Assembly (NCBI GenBank): GCA_028534125.1
Contig: CM052818.1
Location: 48,796,001 to 48,860,000, forward strand
Origin: Lama glama
Taxonomy: Eukaryota
Direction: 5' to 3'
Length of the DNA: 64,000 nucleotides
Shown here: one piece after another, positions 1 through 13,253 of the stretch
Layout: the number at the start of each line of letters is the position of its first letter
Numbering within the stretch: position 1 is the first letter of the stretch
Notes under the pieces: model-generated
What the model was told of the DNA's origin: nothing
The model's database searches: none
The model's input: only the letters and a program-made list of their open reading frames with translations
Program-made: the position numbers and the translations under genes

Positions 1-922
1 CCAAGAGTCTTAAAAGTTCAAAATAATTTTAATAAATGGCCTTTAGAGGTAGAAAAAATATTTCTATGCTCTAAGCCTGATAATGTTAAGACTTCTATGT
101 TTCTGGTATTAGCCCTCAGATGACGATAGGCTTTTTCTGTGTCTTGGAGCAGAGCTGCTTTCTGGCGGTGATTCAGGTGACCAAATGTCCACACGGAAGC
201 CTGGCTCTGCCCTGGTCTGAGCGGAAGCAGGGGTGCGCCCACCTGCCCTGCCCCTGCAGGGAGAGCGGGTCGGGCGCACTGTGCCCGGGAGGTTAAACCT
301 GCCTCTCCCTGAAATTGGAGAGCTTTCTGCTCCAGGCCTCGTCTGTCACCAAACATGTCACCACTGGCGCAGGTGTTAAACCCACCTCTCTCCTTTCCAT
401 CCCATGGAAGGAGCCCAGGTGGGCAGCCCACGACTTGGGCTGTGAGTGCAGGCACCCCGGGCTCACACTGCCCCTCGGTGACAGCCCACACACGTGGGGA
501 GTCCAGACACTTGCAGGCTGGAAACTGAATTTCAGAGGCTGCTCAGGTCCACGCTGGGCGTGTGCGCTGTTGGAAATGAGCTGTCGCCGGTCACCGACCT
601 GCTGGGGTGGCTTGGTGGATGCCGAGTCGGGGGGCGGGGGTCACCAGGGCTGGGAGAGTCGTTTCTCCTGCTGCCTCATTGCTGGGCGGGGCCATCCCCA
701 AGGGAACGTGGTGGCTTCCTAAAATCCAGTGACCCCGAGAGGCTGGATGGATGCTTTTTAAATTCACCTCCAACAGCCAGAGGCCCTTCCGTGAGGACAG
801 GATGTGGCTGATAATTGTCAGGTCTGAAGACAGGCCAGAAAGAAAATCACCGTGACTTAACTCTGACGATGAAGAGCGGAGCTCCCACCAAGAAGAGGTA
901 AGACAAAGACAAAGAGCCACTG

Positions 923-1413
923 CTTGCTCACTGTGTCCGCGAGCCTGTTTCTGGTTTGTAGCTGAGATCACCAGTGTCTTCTTTTTCCCTTTTTTCAGAC
1001 TCCACATATGAGTGACATCACATGGTATTTTTCTTTCTCTTGCTGGCTGACTTCACTTAGAATGTCGACCTCTAGGTCCATCCATGTTGCTGCAAATGGC
1101 ATTATTTTATTCTTTATTATGGCTGACTCACAGAAATAGTAAACAATCTTATGGCTATCGGGGGAAAGGGAGTGGGAAGGAATAAATTTGGGAGTTTGGG
1201 ATCTGCAGATGTTGGCCACTATACACAAAATAGATTTTAAAAACTCAAATTTCTTTTGTATAGCACAGGGAGCTATATTCAATATCTTGTAATAAACTTT
1301 AATGAAAAAGAATATGAACGTGAACATATGTATGCATATGCCTGACTGGGACATTGTGCTGTACACCAGAGACTGACCATTGTAACCGACTGTACTTCGG
1401 TTAAAAACAAAAA
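923..1413 (+). mobile_element. 5'-inverted, truncated LINE-1 3' end (twin-priming structure)
   Basis: 923-1126 is antisense L1 (minus ORF reads IMPFAATWMDLEVDILSEVSQQEKEKYHVMSLICGV, the ORF2 C-terminus). 1125-1413 is sense L1 3'UTR ending in an A-rich tail. Flanking AGCCACTG at 915-922 and 1414-1421 is a candidate TSD core. Confidence 0.9.
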
Positions 1414-3296
1414 AGCCACTGATGAGCTACGATTATGAAGACGTGCTGGTTGGAGCAGGAGAAGCTAAAGGTGCAGGGAGTCTGTCAGCCCAGCCCTCAC
1501 AGTCACCACCCAGTAGCCTTGGGGACGAGCCTGGGAGGAGCAGCAAGCATTCCCCCTGCTCACACCCCAAAACCCCAGACAAAACCGAGGCCCTGTGCTC
1601 TGTGCGTATTCCTGTTTCAAACACCAGAACACCCTGCTCCAAATCAGTCAAGAAAGGAGTTGAGTGAATTACAGATGGAAGATGCCAACTGAGCAGGGCT
1701 CCACTCGGTCAGTCAGTCAGTCACTTCTGTGGGCACCGAATGGTTTACATCAAGGCTTTAACTGAGCGGCAGACGGGGCAGGAGAGAATGTCTTCGAGGT
1801 CACTGTAAACATTGGCCTGCTTTAACAAATGTATACATTTAAAGGCCAGGGGAAAGAAACTGTTGAAGAGCAGTAACAGGATGTATGCTGCCCCACATCA
1901 AAGGGGGTCTTCTAAAAATAGGTCTGCCGGTGCTCCCTGCAACGCAGAGGGCTTCAGAGGAAAGGGTGGGACGGAACTGGGAGAGAGGGCTGCTCCTTGC
2001 CTTCAACATTGCCACGTACATCTCCTGGATTACGTGGCGGTGCTTGTTCACAGCAGAAGTACTTACAGCTGAACCACAACGGAAACATAATTGAAATATT
2101 CCACTGTCATCTCAATGAATTTTAAATCAGGGTGTGACATTTTCATTCTGGGGTATCAGGAACATCGGAAATGTGAAGGAGTTGGGAGAGTCCAGCTCTT
2201 GGAACGGTGTGGGCGGTATTCTCATTCACGAGGTGTGGAAGGCCAGTTCTGGGCTCCACCCTCCACTGCTAAGGTCCGGGCAGCCCTACACACAGTGCTG
2301 GGTGGTGTGGCAGAGAGAGGGGGAGGCGGAGGAGCGGGGAGAGGCCCCAGAGGGAAAAGCCCGTACTCAGAGTCAGGATGGGACGGGATGGGGCATCAGC
2401 AGGAGAGGAAGGATAATGTTGCTGATTCTCGGTGTCTTGAGAGCAGACAGTGTTGCCCTTGCGGTCTTGGGGTAAGAGGATGTGTTGTAGCCCATGGACC
2501 ACAATATTATTCACTCCAGCTCCTTGGCGTGCAGTCATTCTCCCAATCAGTCAGGCCAGAGAGAGCATTTTCCAAAAAATGCAGTCAAGTCCAAGTTTGT
2601 AAAATTTTTATTCGTGCTTTATCTTCAGACTCAGTAGTTTAAATACGTTGGCATCAGCCTGGGAGGGAGACCGTGGTGAGAAGGCTGCCCTGCCCTGAAA
2701 TTCTGTAAAGCTGAGCATCGCGGTGCTGGGACTGGTCCCTCCATAGGGGTGGACATGAGTAGGCAAGAGGGAGAACTTAGGCTTCTGCCCGGCATTGCCA
2801 CAGGGCCCCGGGGGACCCGGGAGGACGGAGTCTGGAGTGTGGTGCTCAGTTCCCTGCCTCACATCAGCCCGAGGTGAGCTCCTGCCCCTGAGGATCCTGA
2901 GTTCAGGGTCCCCCGGTGCACTTGCTGCGCTCTGCGCCGTGAGTGTCACGCGGGGCGTCCGAGGACCACGACGTTCGGCCCCCACTGAGGCGCTCCACCA
3001 CCTCGCACTCGTCCGTTACCTGGTGTCTGTAAATTTCCAACTTGCAGGTAGGATTCAAAACACAAATGCGTTCGTATTTCCAACAGCACGTTGAGTGGAT
3101 CAATCCCTCTTCCACCTGCGTCTTCGGTGCGCCTCATTTCCGCTCCTGCAAACGTGATCTAGTAAAACCTCTCCGTAACGCATCGGTGCCCTTCATGTGC
3201 TGCCTGGCTTCCTTCTGTTCTGTGGGTCAGCCTGAGCCCCCAGCTTTCCTCTCCCACTTAGCTCCCCCTGCCATCTTTCTGTTTGTTGCTTGGTTG

Positions 3297-3640
3297 GTTT
3301 TAATTGAAGTGTAGTTGAGTTCCCATGTTGTGCTAGTTTCTGGCGCACAGCACGGTGATTCAGTCACACACACATACGTATACTCTTTCTCATTATAGGT
3401 TATTACAAGCTATTGAATACAGTTGCCTGTGCTCTATAGTAGGACCTTGTTGTGTATCTATCTTATATACAGTAGTGTGTATCTGTTACTCCCGAAGACC
3501 TAATTTATTAAAAACGCTGGCATAAGTTTGTTTTCTATGTCTGTGAGTCTGTTTCTGTTTTGCGAATAAGTTCATTTGTGTCATTTTTGTTTAGATTTCT
3601 CATACAGGTGACATCATATGATACTTGTCTTTCTCTCTCT
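3297..3640 (-). mobile_element. LINE-1 3'UTR fragment (cetartiodactyl type)
   Basis: Begins ttttaattgaagtgtagttg and contains aagtttgttttctatgtctgtgagtctgtttc; homologous to copies at 30020 and 51430 in this window. Confidence 0.88.
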
Positions 3641-3874
3641 TTCTTCTGCTTTAACTAATCTACTGGCCTGATGCTCCTAATTGCACACATCCTAATTGTG
3701 AGATACAATAGTCCTGAACGCTTTGGGTCATATTGTCAGTCTATTTCCAATTTTGGAGAATCAAGAAAAGGACCCATGGAGGAGATGGAACGGAAGAATG
3801 GATTACATTTTAAACTGCAGAAGGAGAACGAGGGTGTGATGAAAGGACACTTCAAGATGATGCATCAGCATCAA

Positions 3875-4330
3875 GACAATATTTTCTTAGTCTACTATGT
3901 GCAAGAGGCTGTGCATCGGGTGTATAACAAAGACCAAATTAGAAGCTATGATTTTAATATGATTGTAATTCATTGGTGAAATAAGACATCTACATCAATA
4001 ACTTGAGTGTAAGTCTCAGTGGGGTGACAAGATAGTTATACACGGCATATTGCAAGCTTCCAGAAAAGGCAAACATTTCTCCCAGTTAAGTCGTCCAGGG
4101 AAATTATCCTGGTGGATACAGAAGTTAAAACGCATCCGGAAATATGAGTAGGAATTAGTGACCAGAAAGGATGTGGGCAAGTCCAGCTCCACCTGCCTTT
4201 GTAACTGTGTGTCTGCACAATCAGAAGATGAGCTGAATGGTCTAAAGGGATTTGGGAGAATGATGTAGGAAAGGCTCGCTAGTGAGAGCTCCAAAGGGCT
4301 TTACATGGCCAGCTGAGGAATTTGGAGCCC
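3875..4330 (-). mobile_element. Degenerate L2 fragment
   Basis: tctactatgtgcaagaggctgtgc...aaataagaca and gaaatatgagtaggaattag resemble antisense L2 3' sequence. Confidence 0.5.
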
Positions 4331-6400
4331 ATCCTATACAGACCAGAAAGTCTGACGGCTTAGAACAAAGTGGTTCTTCTCACGGACACTGTGATAACCT
4401 GGCTGGCCAAATTCAGCACCGCTGTCTCCTCAACTGGACACGCTTGTGGAACTTCCAGACGCTTCTGTCGGATGCACCTAATTGCATCGCCAGGGTTGAT
4501 CATGTCTTTCCAGCTGAGTGGGCTGCCCTTGGCCTTCTGAGCTAATGTGACCTTTTTCTTTCTGGGCATGCATCTTTAAACTGGAGCTTATCAAATTTAC
4601 TCTCATTTGGAGCAGTAACAGTTATAATACAAAAATTGTGCCTTTAAATTAAAAAAAGTAAATAATCATCTTCTTCAATTAAGACCTGGAAGAATCTTTG
4701 TCTAGAGGCTCTGAAATTGGATATGAAGAGATTATTTTGAGCAGATAGAAGAAACTTGGTATTAGTGAAGCATCTAGTAAATATACTTGAGAAACAGTTC
4801 ATCTTGGGCAAAACATTTTGTAAACAGTTCTATTTCTATTGGCCTAAAAGCCTTTAAGATGTTTCTGCAAATTAGTGTGTCTGCCTGAATATCTTTTAAA
4901 ACACCCTTTCTACTGATGCCTCCATCTGCTCTGGAGCTTTGTCATGACTTCATCCTTACTTTACAAATGAGAGTAGCCTGACGGGTCTCCCGTGTGGCTG
5001 AAAACATATGAGCTTGAAATTTAAGAACCTCTATTAAAATAATACTGGCAGATATGGTAGGCTGCCATTAAACAAAGAAAAAAAAGTCATCAAATATATA
5101 GAAACCAGATTCTGAGATGATGGTTTGTCCAAACATTTAGTCCACACAACTCTTTGCTAGGGTCCTCCTCTCGACTCAAGGAAATGTGGTCCAGCTCTGA
5201 AAAGGCATGCTACGGTTTCAGGCATTTATATACATTTTAATGGATTTATAATTGGATTCAGGATTCCAGCTGGAAAGCAGGGGTGGGAAGTGGGGAAAAC
5301 ACGTCCCCGGGTAATTCCTTTATAGGGATCATTGAGAAACAAGCCACGAATTGAAGCAGGAGAGAGGGGGGAACTGGTACCCCTAAAATTCGGTACTTAA
5401 AAAAGCTGAGCGTCTGAGATCTCAGTGGAGAGGCTGATAGTTTTGACATCTCAAGTCTGATCATTCATACAATTATTCATTCCAACCAGGACTAAGTCGT
5501 TTTATTTGCATTAACTAAATATATGATGAATGGAAGCCAAGCCGGCCAGGGCAATAAATGCAATATGGAGATTCCATTTCCTTTTCTGGCAGGAGCCCAG
5601 CATCTTTTCATTTGCCCTTCTCTCCCTTCACAATGAACACAGCTGGGAACCTGCATAGATAAACAAGACAGGCTGGATTGTTGTTTTTCTTCCTCTTACG
5701 TTTTTAATGACTATAACTTTGACTAATTTCAAAGAGATGCCAGCATATTTCCTCACGTTCTTAAAACAAAAATTGCAATTTTGTCCAGTAAGATGCATGG
5801 AAATGTTACATCTCTCCCTACTTGTTTTTTTTTTATAGATATCTATGCAAATTTGATAATAAAACAGAGCATGAAGTATTAAACGATCACCATGGTTGGG
5901 TAAACTGTATCTAGTCATTAAACAAAAATTGAATTATTAAAGCATGTCCTAAGCCAGTAGTAATTAACGGAATTGTTTACTAGCAGCTGCCTAAAAGCTG
6001 GGCTTTTCGGGTTTTTGCTTTGCAGGAACAATAAGAGACTTCAAATGTGCTCTTCTTGAAGGCTACTCAGTCATCCTCGTTCACTCGGGCCAGTCCCTAT
6101 AAATAGGTGATTTAAATTATTTTTCTAAAATGTCCTTGATTCCAGTCATTCCTCAGCATGACTCCAGCATGACTTCACCCCTCGTTACTCTGGACTTCCT
6201 CTTGGAGGAAACTTCCGGTTCCTGCTGCCGACTCCTCTGTCCCCTGCTGCAGTCCTGCTTGCCTGGACTGGAGTGTTCTTTCTCGACCACCTTTCATCAC
6301 GTGACTCCCTTCCTGACATGCAGGCTCTCCCCTAAGTGCATGGAGAGAATCTTCTTCCATCCTTCTTGCAAACCAGTGCCTGTCTCCTCCTTCAAAACAC

Positions 6401-6401
<1 letters not shown>

Positions 6402-6441
<40 letters not shown>
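6402..6441. repeat. (AC)20 microsatellite
   Basis: Perfect dinucleotide run read directly. Confidence 0.97.
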
Positions 6442-6445
<4 letters not shown>

Positions 6446-7074
6446 TGTTCTCAAGCCAGGGATTAATTACACCCCATTCCAAACTTCCCTTTACTATGTC
6501 CCTTGAATGTTTATGTTTCCTTATTCTGGCATAACATTATTTTGATTTTGCTGCCAGGGGCTTGTGAGTGCATAAGATTCTCTCCTGGGCCAACGTTTCC
6601 TTCAAATAAATGATAACCTCCTGCAGAGGCTTCTTGAACTCTTCTGCCTAGTTTATGCCATCTAGCAACTCAGTCGGGACACGGTGGACCCCAACGGACT
6701 TTTAATGAGCTGGTCTCTCCCAGGGCCACATTTTGTTGTGTTTTCCATCGCCTGGCTACCTAATTACAATGATCTTCACAGCCCTGAGGTCATTCCCAAT
6801 GCCACCTGGTCCTAGGTCAGCCGTACTTGTCACCACGTTGGTGCCCCTCTCACAGTGGATGTCATCAGCTTCTGGGCCCCAGATAAGGGAGCTCCCGGTC
6901 TGCAGGCACTGGGTCTGCACACGCAGCTCGATGCTGCTATCTGAGGACAAACAAGAAGGCCATCCCTGGCTGTAAGACCATGGCTAAGTGTGCTCAGGGT
7001 GCTCTTATTAAGTGCCTGCTCCCTGGATTACTGTGAGAATTTTCCTATAACTACTTTTTGAAAAATTCTGTCTT

Positions 7075-7330
7075 ATGTTAAGCATAACTCAGCCATAGAA
7101 ATGCATACTAAATATCTGTGCAGTATGATGAACTGTGGAAGATCAACACCCAGGTAATGATCGTCCAGGTTAGGGGCCAGAAGTGTAGTTCCCTGAGAAC
7201 GACTGTCGTAGGCATCCCACGTTCATGGACATCACTTCTCGCCTTACAGTTCAGCCTCTCAAGTGTGCTTCACTACACGCTATGCTTTGGATTGCCCATT
7301 CATTTTTATCATCTTGTAATAATTTTAAAA
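7075..7330 (-). mobile_element. Ancient L1M(E)-type 3' fragment
   Basis: catagaaatgcatactaaatatctgtgcagtatgatgaac...aacacccaggtaatgatcgtccaggttag resembles antisense L1ME 3' end. Confidence 0.45.
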
Positions 7331-8209
7331 ACTCAAGACCAATTTCTTTTTAGGTCTTAATTCCATGTGCGTGCTTCCGTAAGCTCTCTCTTCTGTGTTT
7401 CAGTGTTAACCTGCATACACTACATCTATACCTGTGTCCGACACAGCTGTCTACATCCACATGGGTACCTATATTCTTCCCTCTCTCCCTCTCTCTGTCT
7501 CCACCTCCACCTCTGAATCTGTCTAGCTATATATATCATCCAAATGCTAGTTTCCTTGGTTCATAATTGTTGTCTTGACTTTTGAGCCATTAAATATAAT
7601 AAGAGCTCTGTTATTTTCAAGTCTTTAAATTCTGGAATAAATGAATAACTATGACATTGAATTTAGGGACAATGTCGATACAAAGTACACTCTACTATGT
7701 TAACCCCTATGGATACTGAGGGGGAGAACTTTTATTAAATGGCTGTGATAAAATCTATGACGATAATTTTGAGAAAGATTACTTTTCATGCCAGGAAGTA
7801 CTCCTCAAGATAATTTTAAGTACAATTCAGACGGTAATTTCCTTCAGAGGGGTTCAAATGATTTGCAAACATTATCTTCTGGTTCTTAATATAGCTTTTG
7901 AGGGGGTTGAATAGTGGGTAAGTCATAAGGAATCTCGTTTTGAACTAAGCAGCAAAGGCAAAAGGGGAAACAGCGATGGTAAGTGAGCACATGAAATAAG
8001 AATATAAGCTAACACAGAATCCTGGAATTGCGGCAAGAATTCACTGCTTCTGACACAGGGCACCTGACTGTCCAATGCTGAGCAAGCCAGGACGAGGAGA
8101 GGGGGAAAAGCCTCGCAAACTGACCAAGTCCGTCTCTCTCCGTGTGAAAGTAACAGGGCAAAACGCAAGGAAGGCAGCCAGGAGGCTCAGGGCGAGGTTT
8201 TCCCTGGAG

Positions 8210-8640
8210 CTGTGATGGGACGCACGTGCCCCACCCCCGCAAGACCAGCCAAAGGCTGGAGGCCTTTGAGCTCTGCTGGAACGAAAAGACACGAAGGCCA
8301 GGGAGCCAAGAGCCGTCTGCACCGAGGGCGGGACCCGCGCTCGGGCCCTGCGGCCGCCCGGCGCGGGAGGCAGGTCCCACGCAGCAGTGCCACCGGCGCA
8401 GGGCGGAGGCCCTGGGGAGAATCCTGCCCGCTGCGCCGTGATGCGCTCCCTCCTGTTCGTCCCGCGTCAGGTTCAGATGAAGTGCTCGGACGACTCCGGG
8501 TGCAAAGTGGGACGTTCGCGGTTCCGGAAACGGCATGGCAGTGCGAACCGCGAGCCTGGAGAGCGCGGCTCCGGCGAACTCGGCGCCCACGCTGCTACTT
8601 CTCCAACACACCTGTTCAAGGTCAGTGACGCCGTCTCTCC
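8210..8640. promoter_or_regulatory. CpG-rich patch (CpG-island-like)
   Basis: Dense CpG and GC, e.g. gcggccgcccggcgcgggagg; GC box gagggcggga near 8324; no linked gene visible. Confidence 0.45.
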
Positions 8641-9874
8641 TTGAAGCCCAGTGCCTCTGATTCCTGGACTTCCTCTCAGCGTTAGGTCTCTGACTCTCAC
8701 TCCTCAGATCTGTGATCGGGGTCCAGGAGCCCTGTTCCTTGGAGTTACAAAGGTGTTGCCGTGGTGCTGGCCGTGAAGTTGCCTTCAGTCCCAACGAAAC
8801 GGGTTCCAAGTGCCAGTGAGACCCATCCGGACTCAAGTGGACAGTAAACAAAAAATGGGATCAGTAAAATCTGCAAATGCACGTCCACCCGTCTTGCTCA
8901 TGGTGGAGTTTATTAAGCAGAATAATGGTGGCTTATGGGTGAATATGTATGAATTGATTCTGCAATACAGAGTCCATAAAAACCCCTAAAGTTGTTTCCA
9001 CTTGTAATAAAGGTTTTCTTTTCCACTTAAAAAAAAAAAAGATCTGATGGTTAAGCTTGCTGGGCATTCCCCTGATCGTTTGTTTAGTCACTGGCTTGTT
9101 GGCGACTTTCTTACACATTTAGTGCTGTTTAATCCTTTAGGTCACCTCAAAACAATGAAGAAGTAATTGTCGTAGGACTTTGAACTTCCAGAGGCACCTA
9201 CCTTGCAGTTTCTTAGCATACACAGTATGGTGGGTTACACTGAAAGGCGGAGAGGTAAAACATTCGTGGATATTGTGCATGTGTGTGTGTGTGGATGAAG
9301 AGAAACAGAAAAAGTCTAGACTCTGGATGTGTGTTTCCAGGGCTTAACTCACATTTTCTTACTACCGCACTGATTCCCCACCATTGTCATGCGAAGATCA
9401 GAACTTACTTTCAAAAATAATTGAATGATGTTCTGAGAAACTGTTTACGGCTGGACTAAGACATTAAGCCTCTCACGGTCACACGCGTGATGTTGTCTTT
9501 ATCAGATCAGTAACTATGAAAAATAAACGATGCTCCTCATCTCAGGATTGCTCTCTCTCTTTTGCATTAACGTTGAACTGAAATTGAACAGAGTGGAGTT
9601 AAACAAGTGCGACATGTTTCCATACCTCGTTGTGTTGAAACTGGGCCCGCAGAACAGCTCTCCAAACTGAAGAGTTCAGACCACCCACTGAATTGTGAGG
9701 TGATGTCACCTGCCCCACAGGACCGCTGAGACGATTCAGGGAGACCGTTAAATGCCCTCTCTCCACACCTGCACTGGTAGATCCACCCCCGTTCTCTCCC
9801 CTCCCAGGTGAACTAGCACCAGGCCCTGCTGATCCTATCTGGAAGGGTCTTTCTAATCTGCCCCTGTCCAGAGA

Positions 9875-10110
9875 AACGTCTTTAATTCATCATCACTCAT
9901 ATCCCCGTCTGGCCTCCTGCCTCGGTCTTACGCCATTCCAACAGAATCTCCCCTCTTCAGGCAGGAGGGCCTTCTCAAAACAAATGTGAACCTGATAATC
10001 TTCTATTTAAAACCCTTTGGTGGGGCTTCAAAGCCCCCAAGATAAAGTCAAATTCTTTAATCTGACTGACAAAGCCATCCTTGATCTGAGGCTGCCCAGC
10101 TCACCCGTGT
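9875..10110 (+). mobile_element. L2 fragment
   Basis: ctggcctcctgcctc...aaaacaaatgtgaacctg...ttaaaaccctttggtgg...gataaagtcaaattcttt...acaaagccatccttgatctg follows the typical L2 3' layout. Confidence 0.65.
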
Positions 10111-11669
10111 GGGTCCGACATTTCTTTCTTCAGCCCTCTGTGCTTCAAAAGGTAACATTTCTGGAAGAACAAATGCGAAAAAAAAGGGGGGGCCTTTGTG
10201 ACTTTAATAAATATACAGCTAACATTCTTCTATAACTCATAGACTGTAATTTCCGCCAGCCCGAGGCCAGGAAAACACAGAGGACGGAGGAGTGGATGAA
10301 ATCAGACAGCTGGGCACCAGTTAGTGAGAGGACCCAGCTGACCGCTCAGCTCCGTGTTGTGGGTCCATGTGTGCGATACAAGGGGCCTTGTCACGGTGGG
10401 TTGTCTGATCATGGAAGACGTCGTGCCTAGAGGCGTCTTGACTGAGTGTATGTGTTGTGTGTGCGTGTTGTGTACGCATGTGTTGCACGCCTGGTGTGCA
10501 AGCAAGCTGGGCAGTGTGCCAACAGAGGCCAAGCCCATACTTAAACAGTAACTCGAATTCGGGAGCTGAAACCTGTAATTTTGTCCGTATGTCTGAACCA
10601 CTGAGAATTAGCCATTGATCTGCTAAAGTACCTGACAAATCATCACTCTGAGTTAACTTTACCAGACACCATAGGAAGCACCTTACATGCATCCTTTAAT
10701 TTACCTCTTGTAATGCCCCATAGAGGGGTGCCTTGAGCCTGATGTGCAGAAGAAAAAAACTGAGTCTTAACAGATGCAAAACTCTGCCTCACATAGAAAA
10801 TGAAAAGAAGAACGGTTGGGATTTTTCACCCCCGTCTGTTCAGAGCTCCAGGTCCTAACCACCATGGCGCACCTTTGCCTAAAATCCTACCTCCCTCCAA
10901 ATGGTGAAAAATACCCCGTCCACTGGTACAGTGAAATCCCTCCCAAATTCTGTGCTGCCTCTGACTCTCAGGGCAATGCTGACCTGAGACAGAAGGGATC
11001 TGGGGGCAGGGGCTCTGCTGACAGTGGCTCCCGGCAGGATGCTCTGAGCAGGGCCTGGGCAGGGGCACCTTTGCGGCTCCTCACCCTCTGCCCCGGGCCT
11101 GGAGCGCCGCTCCCAGTGGTGGTCCTGAGTGGGCTGAGTCTTGGAGAACCTCATCATCAAAGACAGACTTGAGGCATTTCCTCCGTAGTCACGTCATGGT
11201 GATGAAGCCAGTCCCCATGTCCCAGGGGCCGGGGCTGGGTTGTCACGTGTCCCAAGTGTAGGTAGTTGTCAAATGTCAGCATTTCACACAGGACCCTGCT
11301 CAGGGTGCTTGCTCTCTCTCCGCACCTCTGCACTATTGCGTGAGAAACTCACTTTTTCATTTAAATGAAAGAATGAAAAAGGAAATCTTTAAAGAAAACA
11401 AAATGAGGGAATCAGTCTCATTTGTCACAAGTACGAGGTGGAGAAATGCGTGCGTGAGGAAATGCCTGAGCACAACTTCACCGAGTTCTGTGTGCGCCTA
11501 GAATCAGCAGTTCAGCCAAAGTGTGGCCCCCACCCCCAGCCGCCCCTCAGGTGCTGTCACCGCTGGTCTGTGCAGTCCTGTGAGATTGGACTTGGCAGCT
11601 CCACTTTCTAGATTTGAGACTGAGAGAGCCTAAATAACCTGCCGAAAATCCTACACAACTTTTCTGATG

Positions 11670-12520
11670 CTGGCTCACCCGACGGCCCCAGGGTCCATCG
11701 CGATCCAGGTGAACTGCGTCCCCGCCGCGGGCGCACGGTTTTGCGTCCGGGCTTGTCTTTCTCTTACCTTCGTGGTCACAGCAAAGGAGAAAAACCCCCA
11801 GCACTTTGGTGCCGAAATCTAGGTCCTGGTGCAGCTTGGAGAAAAAACTCTCCTTAAAGAAAGAAAGGGATGACGCGATCCAAGCTGTAAACGTGAAGAC
11901 GCTGACACTGACGGTGGTGTGTCATCGCCCCCATTTTCACGCAAAGTCCAGAATCCTGGGTCAGAAGGCTCCCCCGAAGAGTCGAACACTGTGGAGCCGT
12001 GTGCCCGCGGGGTGAGCGCACAGCGGCCCCGCTCCAAGTAGAATGACAGTGAAGCGTCACACTGGTTCTGGGGACCCCTTGAGGCCATCACTCACCCATC
12101 CCTGCTCTTGGGGGGAGGGAGCCACAGGAACAGCCCGGCCCGTGGGGGCGCCACTTGCCACGTCTGATGTCGCGTTCCGTGCCACAGTGTAATGACGCCA
12201 CACTGTGACATTTCAGTGCGAGTGTGCAAGACTTTACAGCTGTTACCTTCACGCTGTGCGGTGGGGGGAGGGATGTGGGAAGGAAGTCATTACAGATAAT
12301 ATAAAACAACGAGAGCGAACGAGAAAGGCAGAGAGAGAGAGGGATGGAGAGCTCGGCGCCCACGTCGCCTGTTCCTGACCGCACGGCGCCCTCGTGTTCG
12401 TCTCTGCGCTGAAAGATGGGAGGAGAGCTGAGGCGTGTCTGTCGGAGGGAGGCCACTGCTGGGTTCTGCCCGGCGCCAGACCAGAGGCTCTCATCTGGGC
12501 CTTCAGCGCCGAAACAGCTG
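11670..12520. promoter_or_regulatory. CpG-rich, promoter/enhancer-like region
   Basis: Elevated CpG; AGGAAGT, AGATAA and TATAAAA in series at about 12280-12306, followed by a GA-rich tract. Confidence 0.35.
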
Positions 12521-13253
12521 CTTAAGTCAGTCTTCCCATCACTTCACGTAAAACAGAAATAAAAAAACAACAAAAAAAGAGAGAGGGAGAGAATCCACTG
12601 CGTAGACTGGCATCTTGGTTTAACTTCAAAAATTATATTTGCAACAAGGATTTAGAAACCTAACTGGATGCCTGACAAGTAGGAACACAGAGCCAACATC
12701 CTGGAAGCACTTTGCCTCAGGAGATGCCCTGCGAGCGCCCAGACGGGTCAGTAACGTGCGCCGGCCTGTGAGGGCTCACAGTGCTGTGTCGGCTGCCGGT
12801 GAAGAACGTGTTTTCTCACAAACACTGTGACTGCTGGACGGGAAGGCCCGGAGTGTGCTTCTCTGACCCGTGTGGCATCCTGCTGTGTTGTGACAGGCTG
12901 TGTCACAGCAAACACATGACAGGCCATCCCTCAGGGGGCAGTGATGTCACCGGGGCCCCAGATCGAGGCCTGGGGCATGGGGGTGGGGAGGGGCGCGAGA
13001 TGGTCCAGCCAGTTGCCGAGGAGGAGGGAACAGGTTTGCAATATTCTTCACAGTGTCTGTTATGTTTGCAATCTTTGTTTGTATTTACTTCCAAAGTCTT
13101 TATAAAACCAGGTCAGTAATCTCTGGACGTTTTCACAGGTGAGCCGGTACCGTGTAGGGACATTCAGGGATGGTTTGTTTGTTTTTGGTATTATGTGACG
13201 TCATTTAAATTGTTTTGAACTCTTCTCATTTTCCTCCTTCCCAAGTCGATCTT

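Noticed and set aside
995..1366. 123-aa ORF ending in a real protein motif
   Set aside because: Chimeric read-through of an inverted L1; only the ORF2 C-terminal remnant is meaningful.
8009..8851. 280-aa minus-strand ORF
   Set aside because: Non-ATG start, GC-driven composition, several overlapping ORFs on both strands, no recognisable domain.
12925..12945. CTCF-like CCCTCAGGGGGCAG
   Set aside because: Mismatches in the core 5' half; such matches are expected by chance in GC-rich DNA.
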